Positions 49,870 to 63,044 are shown, numbered from the stretch's first letter. The stretch: DNA of 64,000 nucleotides from Octopus bimaculoides (GCF_001194135.2 NC_069005.1:15076964-15140963), one strand, 5' to 3'. The notes: a model not told the origin generated them from the letters alone. Translations and numbers: made by a program.

Positions 49870-50980
49870 TCAGATTTATAAATTAGATAATGATTATAGA
49901 CCAAAATACAATCACAACCCTACACAAAGGAGGTGAAAGTAATACAGATATAGCAAAAAACTTAAGATTAACCAAACAATAGTCTGGAAAATTGTTGAGA
50001 AATTTCAAGAGACTGGTTTCACCGCTAATTGAGCTGGACATTGCCAAAATAGAAGTGTGTGAACCCCTCAGCTTACCAAAACTACCAGGGAAAAGGTACA
50101 GTGAAATCCTCATTGTTCTGTCAGAAAACTGGCTGCCACAGCAAAGTTAAGCTGAACGGCGATGTATCAAATGCTGAAGGAGGACCTTAGGACCCACCTC
50201 TACAAAATGATCTGCTGTTATGAGCTCATGCAAGTTTATGAGACTGGAGAGAAGTCGTCTTATCCTGTGTCAGATTGCTGCCCAACTTGGTGTTTGCTGA
50301 TGAAAAGAAATTTGACATCAAACAGACAATAAACCATCAGAATGACTGACTTTGGAGTGTATCTGGCTCTATTGAGGGGGTAGACTTGTAAATCGATTCC
50401 AATTCCAAATCCAGTCAGTTATAGTTTGGGCAGGTGTGACAGTCACTGGAAGGTCTCCCTTCATTTTTGTACCCTTGGGTGTTAAAATTAACACCCAGTG
50501 ATACATTAGCAACATTCTGGAAACTGAACTGCTTCCATGGGCAAATGAGCACTTTCAAGGTGCACCTTGGAGCCCCCAACAGGACTTGGCACCATCCCAC
50601 AGTTCCAAACAGACACACCACTGGATTCAGAAAATCATTGTTTCATTCATAGGCAAGGATGTATGGCCTTGAAGAAATTTTGATCTCAACCTGTTGGATT
50701 TTTCTGTTTGGTTCATTTTGGAGATGAGGGTCTTGAGTACACCTCATGCTTTGCTTGATGCTTTGAAAGCAAAACTGCACCTGTATGCCATGTGGGAATC
50801 ATTCACACCTAAACTTAAGGCTGTGATTCGAAACAGAGGTGGTCATATCGAATAAATGTGGTAGTGTCATAATTGTGTTTCCTTTACCATTGCACTGCAA
50901 TGCTCAGACTCAAAATATAACAATATTTTACTTTGGCAAAATTGAAAACAAGTTGATTGCCTTAATTTTTGGACACCCTG
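49870..50980 (+). mobile_element. Decayed mariner/maT-like (DDxD) transposon, left end missing
   Basis: HTH-like ITTLHKGGESNTDIAKNL (~49915), LVFADEKKFDIKQ (~50290), PFIFVPLGVKIN (~50460) and DLNLLDFSVWFILE (~50685; third catalytic residue D). Right terminus ...ttggacaccctg at 50980. Confidence 0.7.
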
Positions 50981-51006
50981 TGTATTGTGTGTGCATGTGC
51001 ATGTGC

Positions 51007-51037
<31 letters not shown>

Positions 51038-52469
51038 TTCATTTGTATGTGTTTTCACATCAAAAGACAAGCAAATTATTCCTTGTCCGTAGCTCCTGTC
51101 TGAGTAAAATCAAAAAGGCTTAACCCAATTAGCAATCATTTTCTCTATTATTTTACAATTTGTAATCAATGGCATTCATCCATAATTACAGGTTTCCAGT
51201 TAGGGCAATCATAAGTTTGTTATCTTTCTAATGACAAGAGTGATAAGCGAGTGTTTGCAACTGGCTGCAAAAAAGAATTTGTGTGAGGAGTTTAAGTTTG
51301 TCTTGATGTTTACACTCTCTACAGATATACATTAGCAAAGGACGCACACACACACACACGATGGGCTCATTTCAGTTCCCATCTACCAAATCCACTCACA
51401 AGACCCAGAGGCCATAGTAGAAGACACTTGTCCATGGTGCCATACAGGGATTGAACCTGGAAATATATTGCTGGGAAGCAAACTACTTACCACACAGCCA
51501 TGCCTGAAGCATTACAGTTCTCTTGTGTTGGAGGGTAGTAACCTTGAATAAGCCCCTATTCATTTAGAATAGTTCTCTAGTTCTCTAGGCCAAAACAGCA
51601 GAGTATAAAGCCAGATTTTCATGAGAACTCTTGTATGTCAATAATCTTGTTATCCAGGTTGAATTTCTTGAAGAATTAGAAAAGAAATTCTTATTGTGGA
51701 TGTAGAATTTAGAGTCAAGAGACTTCAAAGTAAACTTTACAGAGACAGAAATTTTTTCCTTAACAGGAAGTGAATCGGGACTTTGTTGCCATCAAGGAGT
51801 GGGTCCATGCTTCATTAATTCTTTTTTTTTTGTTGCTTTTATGGATTCCCATGACTCTGTCACCATCCAATTCCATTATAATGAATTTGAATTGGGAGAT
51901 CAAGTCAAAGTGAATCTTTCATCAGCTGATTACACAACCATGGACGCCACCTCTATGGATGCATTGCAGTTACTCTCTTGATAGAGTTTGGTGATCCTGT
52001 CTGTTGATCTTCTAGGGTTTCTCCACTCAGCATCAATGTAAGAAGCACCATTGGCTCAGTTGAGTTCTTCCCCTACCTCTTCATAATCCACTATGTTGCA
52101 GTCCCATGACTTCACTGTATTCCTTATAGGTTGGCTGAATGGGTTCTATGCTTTGCCAAAGGGCAGCCCATGACTGCAGGACACAGCCATCACTCCATGA
52201 GGTATTTTCAAAATACCCACATACCTATATTTCATTATGCAGTGAAGGAATTTATTGGCACTCTGTACTGTGAATCAGATTCTAATAATGGCAGACAAGA
52301 GATGCAGTGTGGTCACAGTCAGGCTAACTAAAAAGAAACACTTTATGTACAGTTGTTGCATGGGAGTAGTTAGTAGTTGAAGTATCCATGAAATAAATTT
52401 TCTCAAATTCTCAGAAGGCTCTCTTGAAGTAGCTGATATCATCTCTTATTCACATGACCTAATTAATAA

Positions 52470-52800
52470 GAGAAGTGAGTGTTCTGAAAGTTTATTGATC
52501 AGAATATGATTGGGGAAGTGGCTAGTTTAGAGAGAGCTATTGCTTTTGCTAGCAACAAGGGGATTCTCTTTTCAAGTAAAAGGGAGATTGTGTGATGTGT
52601 ATGTGTGAAATGATATGTTATGTAGCAGTAAATATGGACATTGAATGCAGACAATGTGTGATGGCTGGAAATAAATGAAGAGAGTACGCTCTGCTGAACA
52701 GGTGATGTCAGTATGCATGAATGAGGGAGAACAGATGAACTAAGAGGAAAAACTGGGTATAAGAAGAAAAGATTATGTACAGAGAGAAGACTACTAGTCA
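52470..52800 (+). mobile_element. Decayed RTE-type LINE C-terminal fragment
   Basis: Decayed KG(I/F)LFQVKGRL.DVC motif region, typical of the post-RT segment. Confidence 0.4.
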
Positions 52801-53759
52801 GGACTGACACTAGGAAGTGTGGGGCCCAATTAGAGAATTGTCAGTGGCGCCCTCTACTCTATAAAAACTGAAGATTGATGTTTTATTCTTTGTGTAGTAT
52901 GCCAGTCTCAGCTAAAAAGTTTTGAGGGCTTGAGGCTCCACCATTAGCCACAATGATATATTAAAAAATTTGTCATAGAGTCCAGCACTTGAGCATGTGC
53001 ATGGGGCCCTCTCTTGGTGTGGGGCCCAGTTTGAACAAATCTGCCTAATTGGCTTAAAATTGGCCCTGATGCTAGTATGTGTATATGGTGTGTATGGGAT
53101 TGGATTGTTGGGTCAAGAAGTTTTTAGTAATCTAAGTGGAAAGGAAGCTACAGAAGAGGGAAACTGGGGATGATATAGGAGGAAATGATGAAAACTGATT
53201 TCAAGACTTTGAATCTCTTGAAGAGTTGACAAATGGTAAGACACTGTGACAGAGAAGACCAATCCAAACCTATGCAAATATTGAAAAGAAAAGCATAAAA
53301 ATGATGATGTAGTAATATAGTAGTAGTAGTAGTAGTATGTAGCTTGCAGTTAGATATCCATCAAAGCACAGTGCTTGACTGTCTTCTGTTTATTATAGTC
53401 TTCCAAACCATAATAAAAGTGTTTAAGACTGGCTCCACAGGAACACTGTAAACTGATCTTGTTGATCTTTAAAGCAAAATCTGTGGAAGATTTGGAGAAG
53501 AAATTCAAGACATGGAGTCAAAACTCCATTGAAGAGGCTTGAACTAAACTTTGCTTGTGTGTGTGCGTGTGCATATGTATATATATATATATGGTGTGAG
53601 TTCGAGTCTCATAGCTGGCCGCCTACACTTTTTTCTGCAAAATAGGGGTAGCATTATCCTGCGTTTGAGAATTTAAAATCACTTCTGTAACTTTCTAAGA
53701 CACCTCAATGCTTCTAAAAGCAAACTTCGTTTGTTTGTTTACGTTCATCGTAATTTGAA

Positions 53760-53794
<35 letters not shown>

Positions 53795-54719
53795 CACATC
53801 CAAGTTAATCTGGATGTATTGTTTTAAATGTTATAAGCTCCTGTAATTGCCCTGAGAAATAATCTTGAGTAGATGTGTGCTAAAAAGCAATGATTATATC
53901 AGCAGATGAACTTTCTTCGGTAATGGCTGACCGGACTGTCATATTGCATGATTTTACCGCAATTTGTGCTTTCTCAGATACAAACACCCTAGCACCGAAT
54001 GCCAAATGGAAATTCTATTAAACTAATATAACATTTGCTAAAATGTGTCATAACTGATTGTTTAGTCAGTGTTAAACTATATCAGTTTGACAGAATTTCA
54101 GTCTGACATTCAGTGCTAGGGTACCTGGTGCTGAGGAAGCACAAACTACGCTGAACTCACATGATACAACAGTCCCAACTGTTGGTGCAGACGAAATTTC
54201 CTCTACTGATATAATTTGTGCTTTTAGCACTCACCCTCTATACAAGATAATTACTCAGGATGATTACCACAGCTGAGGGCATTTAAAACAACATATCTAA
54301 GTTCAATCAATACATCATCATCATCTTTTAATGTCTGCATTCCATGCTGCCATGGGTTGGACGCTTTGACCAGACTCCAAACTTATTTGCCTTGATTTCT
54401 ATGGTTGGATCCCCTTCCAACCATTTTACAGTGTGTGTTGGGTGCTATTACCATGCCACCAGCATGAGTGATTCTCTGTGGTACTGGCACGAGTGCTCTT
54501 TACATGACACTGGCACAATGTGTAAATTGATATTCATTACAAAGGCTGTTTCTGATGCAAATAGCTAATTTATACACATCCTGCCAATGTTGTGTGACAT
54601 CCCTTGTTTCATATGTGCTGAATAACATAAAGCTTTACTTTCATAAGTCATTATTCAGGTGATTGAAGAAAATTGGGAATGTGTATCAGATATGATGCAT
54701 GGATGCCCAGGAAATAAAA

Positions 54720-55050
54720 ACTAGCACTCTGCCAGTAATGACAACGAGGGTTCCAGTTGATTGGATCAATGGAACAGCCTGCTCATGAAATTAGCATACA
54801 AGTGGCTGAGCACTCCACAGACACACGTACCCTTAACATAGTTCCCAGAGAGATTCAACATGACACAGAAAGTGACAAGTCTGGCCCTTTGAATTACAGG
54901 TACTACTCTCTTTTGTCAGCTGTGTGGACTGGAGCAACATGAAATAAAGTGTTTTGCTGAAGGACACAGTGCACCACTGAAAATCAAATTCGTGACTTTA
55001 TGATCATAAAACCGAACACCCTAACCACTAAGCCATGCACCTTCACTTGC
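54720..55050 (+). mobile_element. SINE family F (gggttccagttgat...gtggactggagcaa..tgaaataaagtgt.ttgctcaaggacac)
   Basis: Homologous copies at ~56130-56450 and a partial copy at ~61380-61580. Confidence 0.75.
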
Positions 55051-57355
55051 CTGGGAAATATGTCCTGTGTATCATGTGATTACACAGGACAGGCAAAGAG
55101 TTAAGATGCTGTGCTAGAAAAGACCTGAATAACTCATGGCAAAATCATTGTAAGATGTTGATAGTGATGATACTTGCAAATTAAACTTGCAAAGGTTATT
55201 TTTCAACCTGAGCTTTAATAGAAGATGCTTGTCAAAGTGTTCGCAAGATTTTAATCTTTAAGTTCATGTAATTCTGAGGACACACAATTGAACCATAGCT
55301 GAAAGTGTACATAGGTGCAGGTATGGCTGTGTGGTAAGAAGCTTGCTTCCCAACCACATTGTTCCGGGTTCAGTCCCATTGCATGGCACCTTGTGCAAGT
55401 GTCTTCTGCTATAGGCTCGGGCTGGCCAAAGCCTTGTGAGTGGATTTGGTAGACAGAAACTGAAAAAAGCTTGCCTGTTGTGTGTGTGGGTGTATATATA
55501 TGCATATGTGTGTATATATATGTGTGTGTCTGTCTATTTTTTGTGTCTGTGTTTGTCCCCATAACCTAGCAGTTTGGCAAAAAGAGACTGATAGAATGAG
55601 TACCAGACTTCATTAAAAAATATAGTACTGAGGTTGATTCATTTGACTAAAAATTCTTCAAGACAGTGCCCCTGCATGGCCACAGTCTGATGAGTGAAAC
55701 AAGTAAAAAGATTAAAAAAAAAAGAATGAAGATAGTCATTATCACTTAGCATCCATTTTTCATGCTGGCATGGGTTGGATGGTCCAACAGGAACTTTGAG
55801 AATGATGCTGAGGTCCATTGTTTGCTTTTACATGATTTCTGCTGCTAGATGTCCTTCCCAATGCCAGCCACTATAGAGTGCACTGGGTACTTTCTTTGTA
55901 GCACTGGCCCTAGTGCAACCACCAAGTAACTCACAAGGCAAGATCTCTCAACCAAGAGGGGGCATAGTATTGAGAGAGATAAAAGTATGATAGAGAGAAG
56001 GGAACAAGTATCTTGCTTAAAAGCAGATACATAATTTCCCCAGCTGGGAAAAAGAGAAATATGATGGCGATGGCGGCATAGCTTCTATGTATAAGGTGAA
56101 GATAAGAGAGAATAGAGATATATCTTTTACTAACCAGCACTCTGTTGGTTATGATGACAACGGTTCCAGTTGATCTGATCAACAAAACAACCTGCTTGTG
56201 AAATTAACATGAAAATGGCTGAACACTCCACAGACCCATGTACCCTTAATGTAGTTCTCAGAGAGATTCAGGGTGACACTGAATGTGACAAGGCTGGCCC
56301 TTTGAATTACAGGTACAACTCATGCTGGGTGGACTGGAGCAATGTAAAATAAAGTGTCTTGCTCAAGGACACAATGTGACACCATGTGTTGAACTAATGA
56401 CCTTATGATCTTGAGCCGAATCCCCTAACCACTTAGTCACTTGCTTTCACTGGCATACCTATAGTAGGTGAAGGTATGATTTAGGGATTAGTCATTTTGG
56501 CTCAGTCTTACTGCAGACCCTTGGACAAGGCAAGTATCTTTTATTGTAGTGCTGGACCAGCCAATTCTTTGTGAGTGATTTGTGGGTGGAAACTGTATGC
56601 AGACTACCCCCACTTCCCGCACGTGGGTGTGAATATTTACATCCTGTTTGTTTCACATGTAAAAGCATGAAGCTACACAAGCTGTGGAGATTGTTGTCAT
56701 TTTCCAATCAACAAATCATCTTTTGGCTCTGTGTTTTCGAAGGCATGGAATGAGAAATCTCTTATTTGTAAAACAGTTAAAGGTAAAAATTAGTAGCAGT
56801 ATAGGCATCCAGCTGTGAAACACTGCTTCCATTAACCAACTAGCCATTACAAGCATGAAAGAAATGGTTGTAATAACACTGTGTAACAAAGATTTTATTT
56901 TTTATTTGTCTTTGATCAATAAGTGTTATTTCCTAATTGCTTCTGTCTACGGAAATGACTACTATTCTCTTCAAACTTTGCTTTTGTGACCTGGACATCA
57001 ATGTTTTAAAACTAACCTATTTTACATCACATTTTAGACAATATGAGTGCATCTTTGATGATGAGCAGGAGTAGTGGGGGAGCATCATAGCCATGTGTTG
57101 AGAGGGATTGTTTGAAGTTTGAAGAGATGTAAGAAAAGCAAAGTTTGAAGGAAATATTAGCCATTTTTCATACTTTCTAGGAGTAAGCAAATAGGAAATA
57201 GCACTTTCTACCCAAGGCCAAAAATTGTGTCATACAGTGTAATGAGTGAGGGTATTTGTATATTTGTAACTGCTTATTATTATATACATATATTACTTCA
57301 TATAAAAGAAGTTACATAATCCAACAAACAAACTTGTATAAATTTTATGTTTAAG

Positions 57356-57481
57356 GTTATGAAAGCCTTAAATACCCTTGACGAGATGATATCTGAGCCT
57401 CAAGATGAATATGAATCATTGTTAAGAGATATGAAAACAGTCAAAGAAGACAAGACATTTGATGCAGATACTTTCTCAGAG
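57356..57481 (+). CDS. EFCAB5: EFCAB5 coding exon 3 (126 bp)
   Basis: Acceptor ttttatgtttaag, donor gtacgt at 57482, phase 0/0 and stop-free: VMKALNTLDEMISEPQDEYESLLRDMKTVKEDKTFDADTFSE. Its length and position fit the gap between the neighbouring homologous exons. Confidence 0.72.
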
Positions 57482-57749
57482 GTACGTCTAAACTTTATTG
57501 ATATTTAAAAAAAAAATTGATCTGGATATTTTTTCCCCTTTTCATGACTTACTTAACTCTCCGTCTGTTCTGTCTCCCTGTCTCTCATCATCATCATCAT
57601 TATCATCATGCTGGTATAGGTTGGACAGTGTGACCAGACTTGACAAACTGGGGGTGTGGGATGCACCAGACTCCAGTCTGATTTGGCATGGTTTCTATGG
57701 CTCGATGCCCTGGCATTAGGAAGGGCATCCAGGAATGCCCTTTCTAACA

Positions 57750-57786
<37 letters not shown>

Positions 57787-57829
57787 CAAATTTGTGTGAT
57801 TGTGAATAGAATAATATATCAGTTGAATA

Positions 57830-58540
57830 AAGCTAAAACCCCAATGATTGTTTTCTAATTTGAACCAACTCCCTAGAAAATCTGGAAGAATTCAGCACCC
57901 TCCTCAATAATCTACGCCTTAGTCTCAAATTTGCAAGAGAAATGAGCAAAACACAATTACCATTTCTTGACATAATGGTAATTAAAAACAACACCACAAT
58001 CACAACTGATATTTATTTCAAAAGCACAGATACACACTACTACCTAAATTTCGAATCATTCCACCTAAAACACACACAAAACACAACATTCCTTACTGCC
58101 TTAGTGTCTAGCCAAGAAAATTTGTACTACAGTCGATGATCCAAATACCACAGACACACGACTTATAGAACTCAAAGGATTTGTGCTCAAGCAAAATTAC
58201 TCTCTCCTACTTATAGGAAATAGCATACAACGAGCAAAAGAAATACCTATAGAACAACTTAGAACAACACGAAAAAGACGAACCCATCAAAGGAACACAA
58301 TAACATTTCTAGTAACACACAATCCGCATCACCAAAACATTTTTAACATCATCAAAACAAATTTGCCATTCATAAAACAAAGCGAAAAAAAAAACAAAAA
58401 AAACATAACTAATCAAACACTTATCTTAAGCAAAAGGCAACCACATAACCTAAAGAAACTATTAACAAAGGCAAAATTCAACTATGAACAAACAGGATAA
58501 AACATTGACAGTATCCAAGTGTAATGATAACAGATGTGGA
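57830..58540 (+). mobile_element. Penelope-like element RT C-terminal/thumb fragment
   Basis: LPFLDIMVIK..ITTDIYFKSTDTHYYLNFES.H (57942-58139) and LKQNYS....QRAK...ITFLVTHNP (58183-58500) are typical PLE RT motifs. Confidence 0.8.
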
Positions 58541-59239
58541 ACGTGTCAAAACATGCATACGGGTAGATCCATTAGAACAAAACAGGGACAGATTTTCGCA
58601 GGTGCAGATATGAACTGCAGAAACAGGAATTTGATCTACTGCACCATCTGAACATGGTCGATGCCAGCCACCCTCGCCCCGACTGGCTCCTGTGCCAGTA
58701 GCATGTAAAAAGCACCATCCAAACGTGGGTGATGCCAATGCTCCCTGACTGGCTCCTATGCCGGTGGCATGTAAAAAACCCCCCACAACACTTTCAGAGT
58801 GGTTGGCGTTAGGAAGGGCATCCAGCTGTAGAAACAGTGCTAGATCAGATTGGAGCCCAGTGCAGCCTCCTGGCTTGCCAGTCCTCAGTTACACCATCTA
58901 ACCCATGCCAGCATGAAAAACAGATGTTAAATGATGATGATGATGCATTAAATGCTTGAATTGTGGGGAATGAATTAATGGAACGCTCACGAGTCCACAG
59001 ACAACAAATCCATTTTTTGGAGTTTGTCTCCCTTGGATTTGTCTTTTCAGTAAATTTCTTATTTTTTTACATTATTTGTTTGATCTTGTTCTGGGCATGA
59101 TGTTTTGTACTTGTATGCTGAGACTTATTTCTTCTTTATGTGGAGTTTGTGACATTTCTTCTTTGTTGTGTGAAGTTTGTGTGCTATGTATGTTCATATA
59201 TATGGAGGGGCTATGTATGTATCCTGGTAGGATTGTCCT

Positions 59240-59500
59240 TGTTTGTAGTTACCCTCGTTTATAGGGGGTCTTCTTTAAAGTATTTGAGTGTAAAATATTG
59301 TTTATGTATGCAGGGAGAGATGGTTTCATCCCTAATGTTTAAGATGTTGTCTGTTGATTGAATAATATTTAATTTTTCAATAATGCAGAGTTCACATTTG
59401 ATGCCCTGTCCTCTGTATTTTTTGACTTTAGCAATAATATTCCATTCTATCTGGGGGTTGTTTATTCCAAACCAATGGTAGCCTTAATTCACAAATAAAG
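59240..59500 (-). mobile_element. Penelope-like element 3' end (post GIY-YIG tail)
   Basis: Minus strand IEWNIIAKVKKY...CELCIIEKLNII...LNIRDETISPCIHK matches the PLE C-terminal C-x-LC-x-x-EK / LNKRSE..S.CRH pattern. Confidence 0.6.
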
Positions 59501-59557
59501 AAATCATTTATTCACCAATGTGGTGTTGAGCACTCATTTATCGTTCTATATTTACGC

Positions 59558-59627
<70 letters not shown>

Positions 59628-60141
59628 GAAACAGATAAGAAAAAAGATTAGCAATACTACCTAAGAGTTGGGTAACAATTATGTTAAACATCTGGCAACG
59701 AGGATATAAAAATGATGATGTAAAAATGAACAAAAATAATAATATTAACTTCCAACAGAAGTCAGTCTCAAAGGAGGATATGTTGTGGCAAGAGTCATTG
59801 ACACCCCTGGCAGATTGGAAGAATGGACTAGTTGAACTCTTATAAAGAGTAGTGGTTGGTAGTAGTCAGCAAGAGTGTTTTGGTAGTCTCCCAAAGTGCA
59901 TTGTGTGAACACATTGATTAAACCTCTGCTACATAATTCATCAACACCAACCTGTGGCAGGACTTACCCTGGACTAATCTTATACCCTACTATTCCACAT
60001 TATGTCATTTTATACTGTAGCACCCTTATTGTAGTATACCATTATTTACTATGTTGTATTCCTCCTCACTATTGTCCATAATGCTTTATTTTATTTGAAG
60101 GCCATTCTCTCAAACTCTTTAGACTTATTTTATAGACTGGT

Positions 60142-60485
60142 TTAGTGGAAAGTGGGTTATACATCTTTCCTATATAAAATTAAGAATATAACGGAACGCT
60201 GAACTCCAGACTATCAACACTAACAACATTTATTCAAGGTGAAATATATACATCTTTAGCTCTTGTTTGTTGAGACGTCTTCTGTGTGTGTGAGCATGGT
60301 TGTTGGGACGTTGGTATGTAGATGTAAGTGAGCTGTCTAGCGTAAGTTCGAAAGATGGAGAGAGACAGCTAAACACGTCCTTGCTCAATCGCTGGCCAGC
60401 AAGAAAGAGACAGAATGAAGCAGGAAAGCTTGGTTGTTGAATTCCATGCATGCATGAGACTACGCATGCGCACAGCGTTACTACA
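60142..60485 (-). mobile_element. Second solo-LTR-like copy of the 28317 family
   Basis: The reverse complement shares tgtagtaacgc at the start, gcatgagac, aataaa..gttg..ttgatagt..gcgttccgtt and gtataacc(c)actttcc at the end. Flanks ctggt/ctggc look like a 5-bp TSD with one mismatch. Confidence 0.55.
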
Positions 60486-60869
60486 CTGGCATTAGAAAAG
60501 GCTTCGAGCTGTAGATTTTATGCCAAAGCTGATGCAGCTCTGTAGTTTGTTAGAACTTGTCAAACTGTCCAACCTAGAAATCAGATGTTAAATGATAATA
60601 ATAACGATGATGAAACTAACCATGAGATGCTAAATCAAAACGTTTCTGGTAAACATTCATGCAGATTTGGACCACTCTCTACTAAGTGTTCTGCATTAGA
60701 GGGGTATTTGGTCTTCTTGAAGGTCGTTTAAATTCTAAAGTTATTTAGAGTTTCATAACCTCTCAGATGACCCAATAGCCTTCAAAGGCCCATTCTTATG
60801 TTAAAGGGGCTCTTTCAGTCATACTTACTTTAGGACAGCTTAATATGAAACATTACATTTCATTTTTTG

Positions 60870-61370
60870 ATGTTCCCTGTCCTGGATATACTGCCTGTTC
60901 CCTCATGTGTAGTCTGGTCTTTTGAGATGACATCCTTAAAGATAGTCATCAACTCTTTTGTGATTAATTGTTGTAAATTGGTGATATTTTCTTTGAGTTT
61001 GTCATTGTCTCTGATATTTTTGTTGTTGCTCTTTTGTGATTGTGATGATAATGATATTCTCTCATAGTCTGAGAAAGAAGGTTCTGCAATTTCTTGCCAA
61101 AAACAGCTTTGGTCTTGCCAGTCCTTGATTTAACTTCTTTAATATTTTTCCCCTCTGATATAATGATGGCTCCCAAGTACAGCTAACAATTCAAGCTTCC
61201 AAATAAAGCCATCAACTTTGTTTCAAAATTATTCAACTGTTGCAAATTGGTGATACTTTCTCTGAGTTTTGTCTCTGATATGTTTGTTGTTGTTGCTCTT
61301 TTGCAATAGTGCTGATGATGGTAGTCTTTCGTAGTCTGAGAAATTCTTGCTCTGCAATTTCTTGTTGAAC
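60870..61370 (-). mobile_element. RTE-type RT fragment with internal tandem subrepeats; duplicated at ~62240-62560
   Basis: YLGAIIISEGKNIKEVKSRTGKTKAVF (ORF 60964-61176). A similar block lies at ~62340-62545. Confidence 0.6.
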
Positions 61371-61761
61371 CAGCTGTACATATGATTTGTATGTACTGCA
61401 CATTAACTCACACCTTCCATCAAATCAACATTGCCTGAACAGGTGCACCACACATCAGGTGTTGAAGTGACTGCAGAGCAACATGAGATGAAGTGTTTTG
61501 CTCAAGAACCCAATGCACCACCCAGTCCAAGAATTGAAAACACTATCTTACAATCATGAGTGCAACATCCTATTCACTAGGTCACACACCCTCTTTGTGA
61601 TTGTCTTTCTAATGAGATACACTGTCTATATGTTTCAGTTAATTTGGAAAATAATCAAAGATTGGTGTACTGGGGAGTTTAAACTTCTTAATGTGCAAGG
61701 CCTATAAGTGTTGGCAATCATAGACCTCCACTCATGCTTGTTCTGCACACAATTTAGTAAC

Positions 61762-61805
61762 TTACTGGGTTGGTCTTTCTTTAGCTGGAAAGACCAACCC
61801 AGTAA
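61762..61805. repeat. Perfect 18-bp-stem hairpin (8-nt loop)
   Basis: ttactgggttggtctttc-tttagctg-gaaagaccaacccagtaa. Confidence 0.9.
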
Positions 61806-63044
61806 CTGGTAAGGCGCCCAAATATCTTCTCTCTTTCTCTTCCTTCACTTCTTCTTTCTTTCAGTTTCCCTTTTATCATTGTGTATTCATGGCTTTGTCT
61901 TCTTATTTCATGTCTAATTAACTGAGCCTGTTGTCTCTTTAGTGTTGTTAAGGTTTCTGATCATTTCTTCTTTTTTTAGCCCTTTAGCATTTAAACCAGC
62001 CATATCCAGCCCAAGTATTCTGCATGCTTTATGTTCAAACTGCCCAGATCTGGCCTCTCACACCTATCATACAATGTCATTCTAAATATAAACGATCTCA
62101 TCATTAAAATCGAAAAACTACAAGATAATGTATGTCAATATATAAGCATTACATTTGACAGAGAAGTCTGTCTTTCTCTTTCTCTCTCTGACATCTTCAT
62201 TATTCATCTATGGAACCACATCATTGCAATATTGATGAGCTTTTGTCCTTGTTTGTCGATGTTCCAAGTCAAAAAATAGGGTGTCAATGTATTCCCTTAG
62301 GACTCTTCTCTCTTCTTAATAGCTTTTTGTCTTGTCAATAAATATGTGATCTTGCCAAAAGCAGCTTTGGTCTGGGCAGTCCTTGATTTCACTTCTTCGA
62401 TATTTTTCCCATCTGATATTATGATGGCTTCCAAGTACAGCTAACCGTTCAAGCTCCCAGATAAAGCCATCAACTTTGTTTCAAAATTGTTCTATTAACT
62501 GTTGCAAATTGGTGATACTTTTTTTGAGTTTGTCATTGTCTCTTATTTTTTTTTTTGTTATTATTCCTCTGAGGACTGTTCTGTTTTTGCGACAGATTTT
62601 GTACAATAACTAAATTAAGCTGGCATATGGGACTTGAAAGGTTTTTATATGAAATTATGACATGATGGAAAATTCAAATTTTTGAATATTTGAAACACAA
62701 AGGTTTGTATCATGAACCAGGGGCAAGTGGGTTGGTGTTCAGAAGGTTAACTGTATTATTAAAGAGGAGATGGACAGATTTTTTGTTGGTTTCTCATCAT
62801 GATGACTTCTGCTTCTGATATGTTGCCTGATGAAGGCAACACCCGAGAGAGAGAGAGAGAGAGAGGGAGGGAGGGAGAGGGAGAGAGANNNNNNNNNNNN
62901 NNNNAGAGAGAGAGGGAGGGAGGGAGAGGGAGAGGGAGAGAGAAAGTAAGTTCTTAGAACTTACTCTCTTTCTTTTGTAGATAATTTCTTGGAATGGCTG
63001 ATTACGGACACTATTTCATTCTCTTTTCCATTCCATTCTTTCAG

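Noticed and set aside
54000-54330. Unique-looking stretch as an extra EFCAB5 exon
   Set aside because: The exon chain 47450->57356 is already frame- and length-consistent with the homologue, and this stretch has no good splice-bounded open frame.
55310-55400. tRNA-like A/B-box sequence (also ~800-890, 46410-46500, 49645-49720 and 53595-53625)
   Set aside because: SINE heads that continue into SINE bodies; no complete cloverleaf, so not called tRNA genes.
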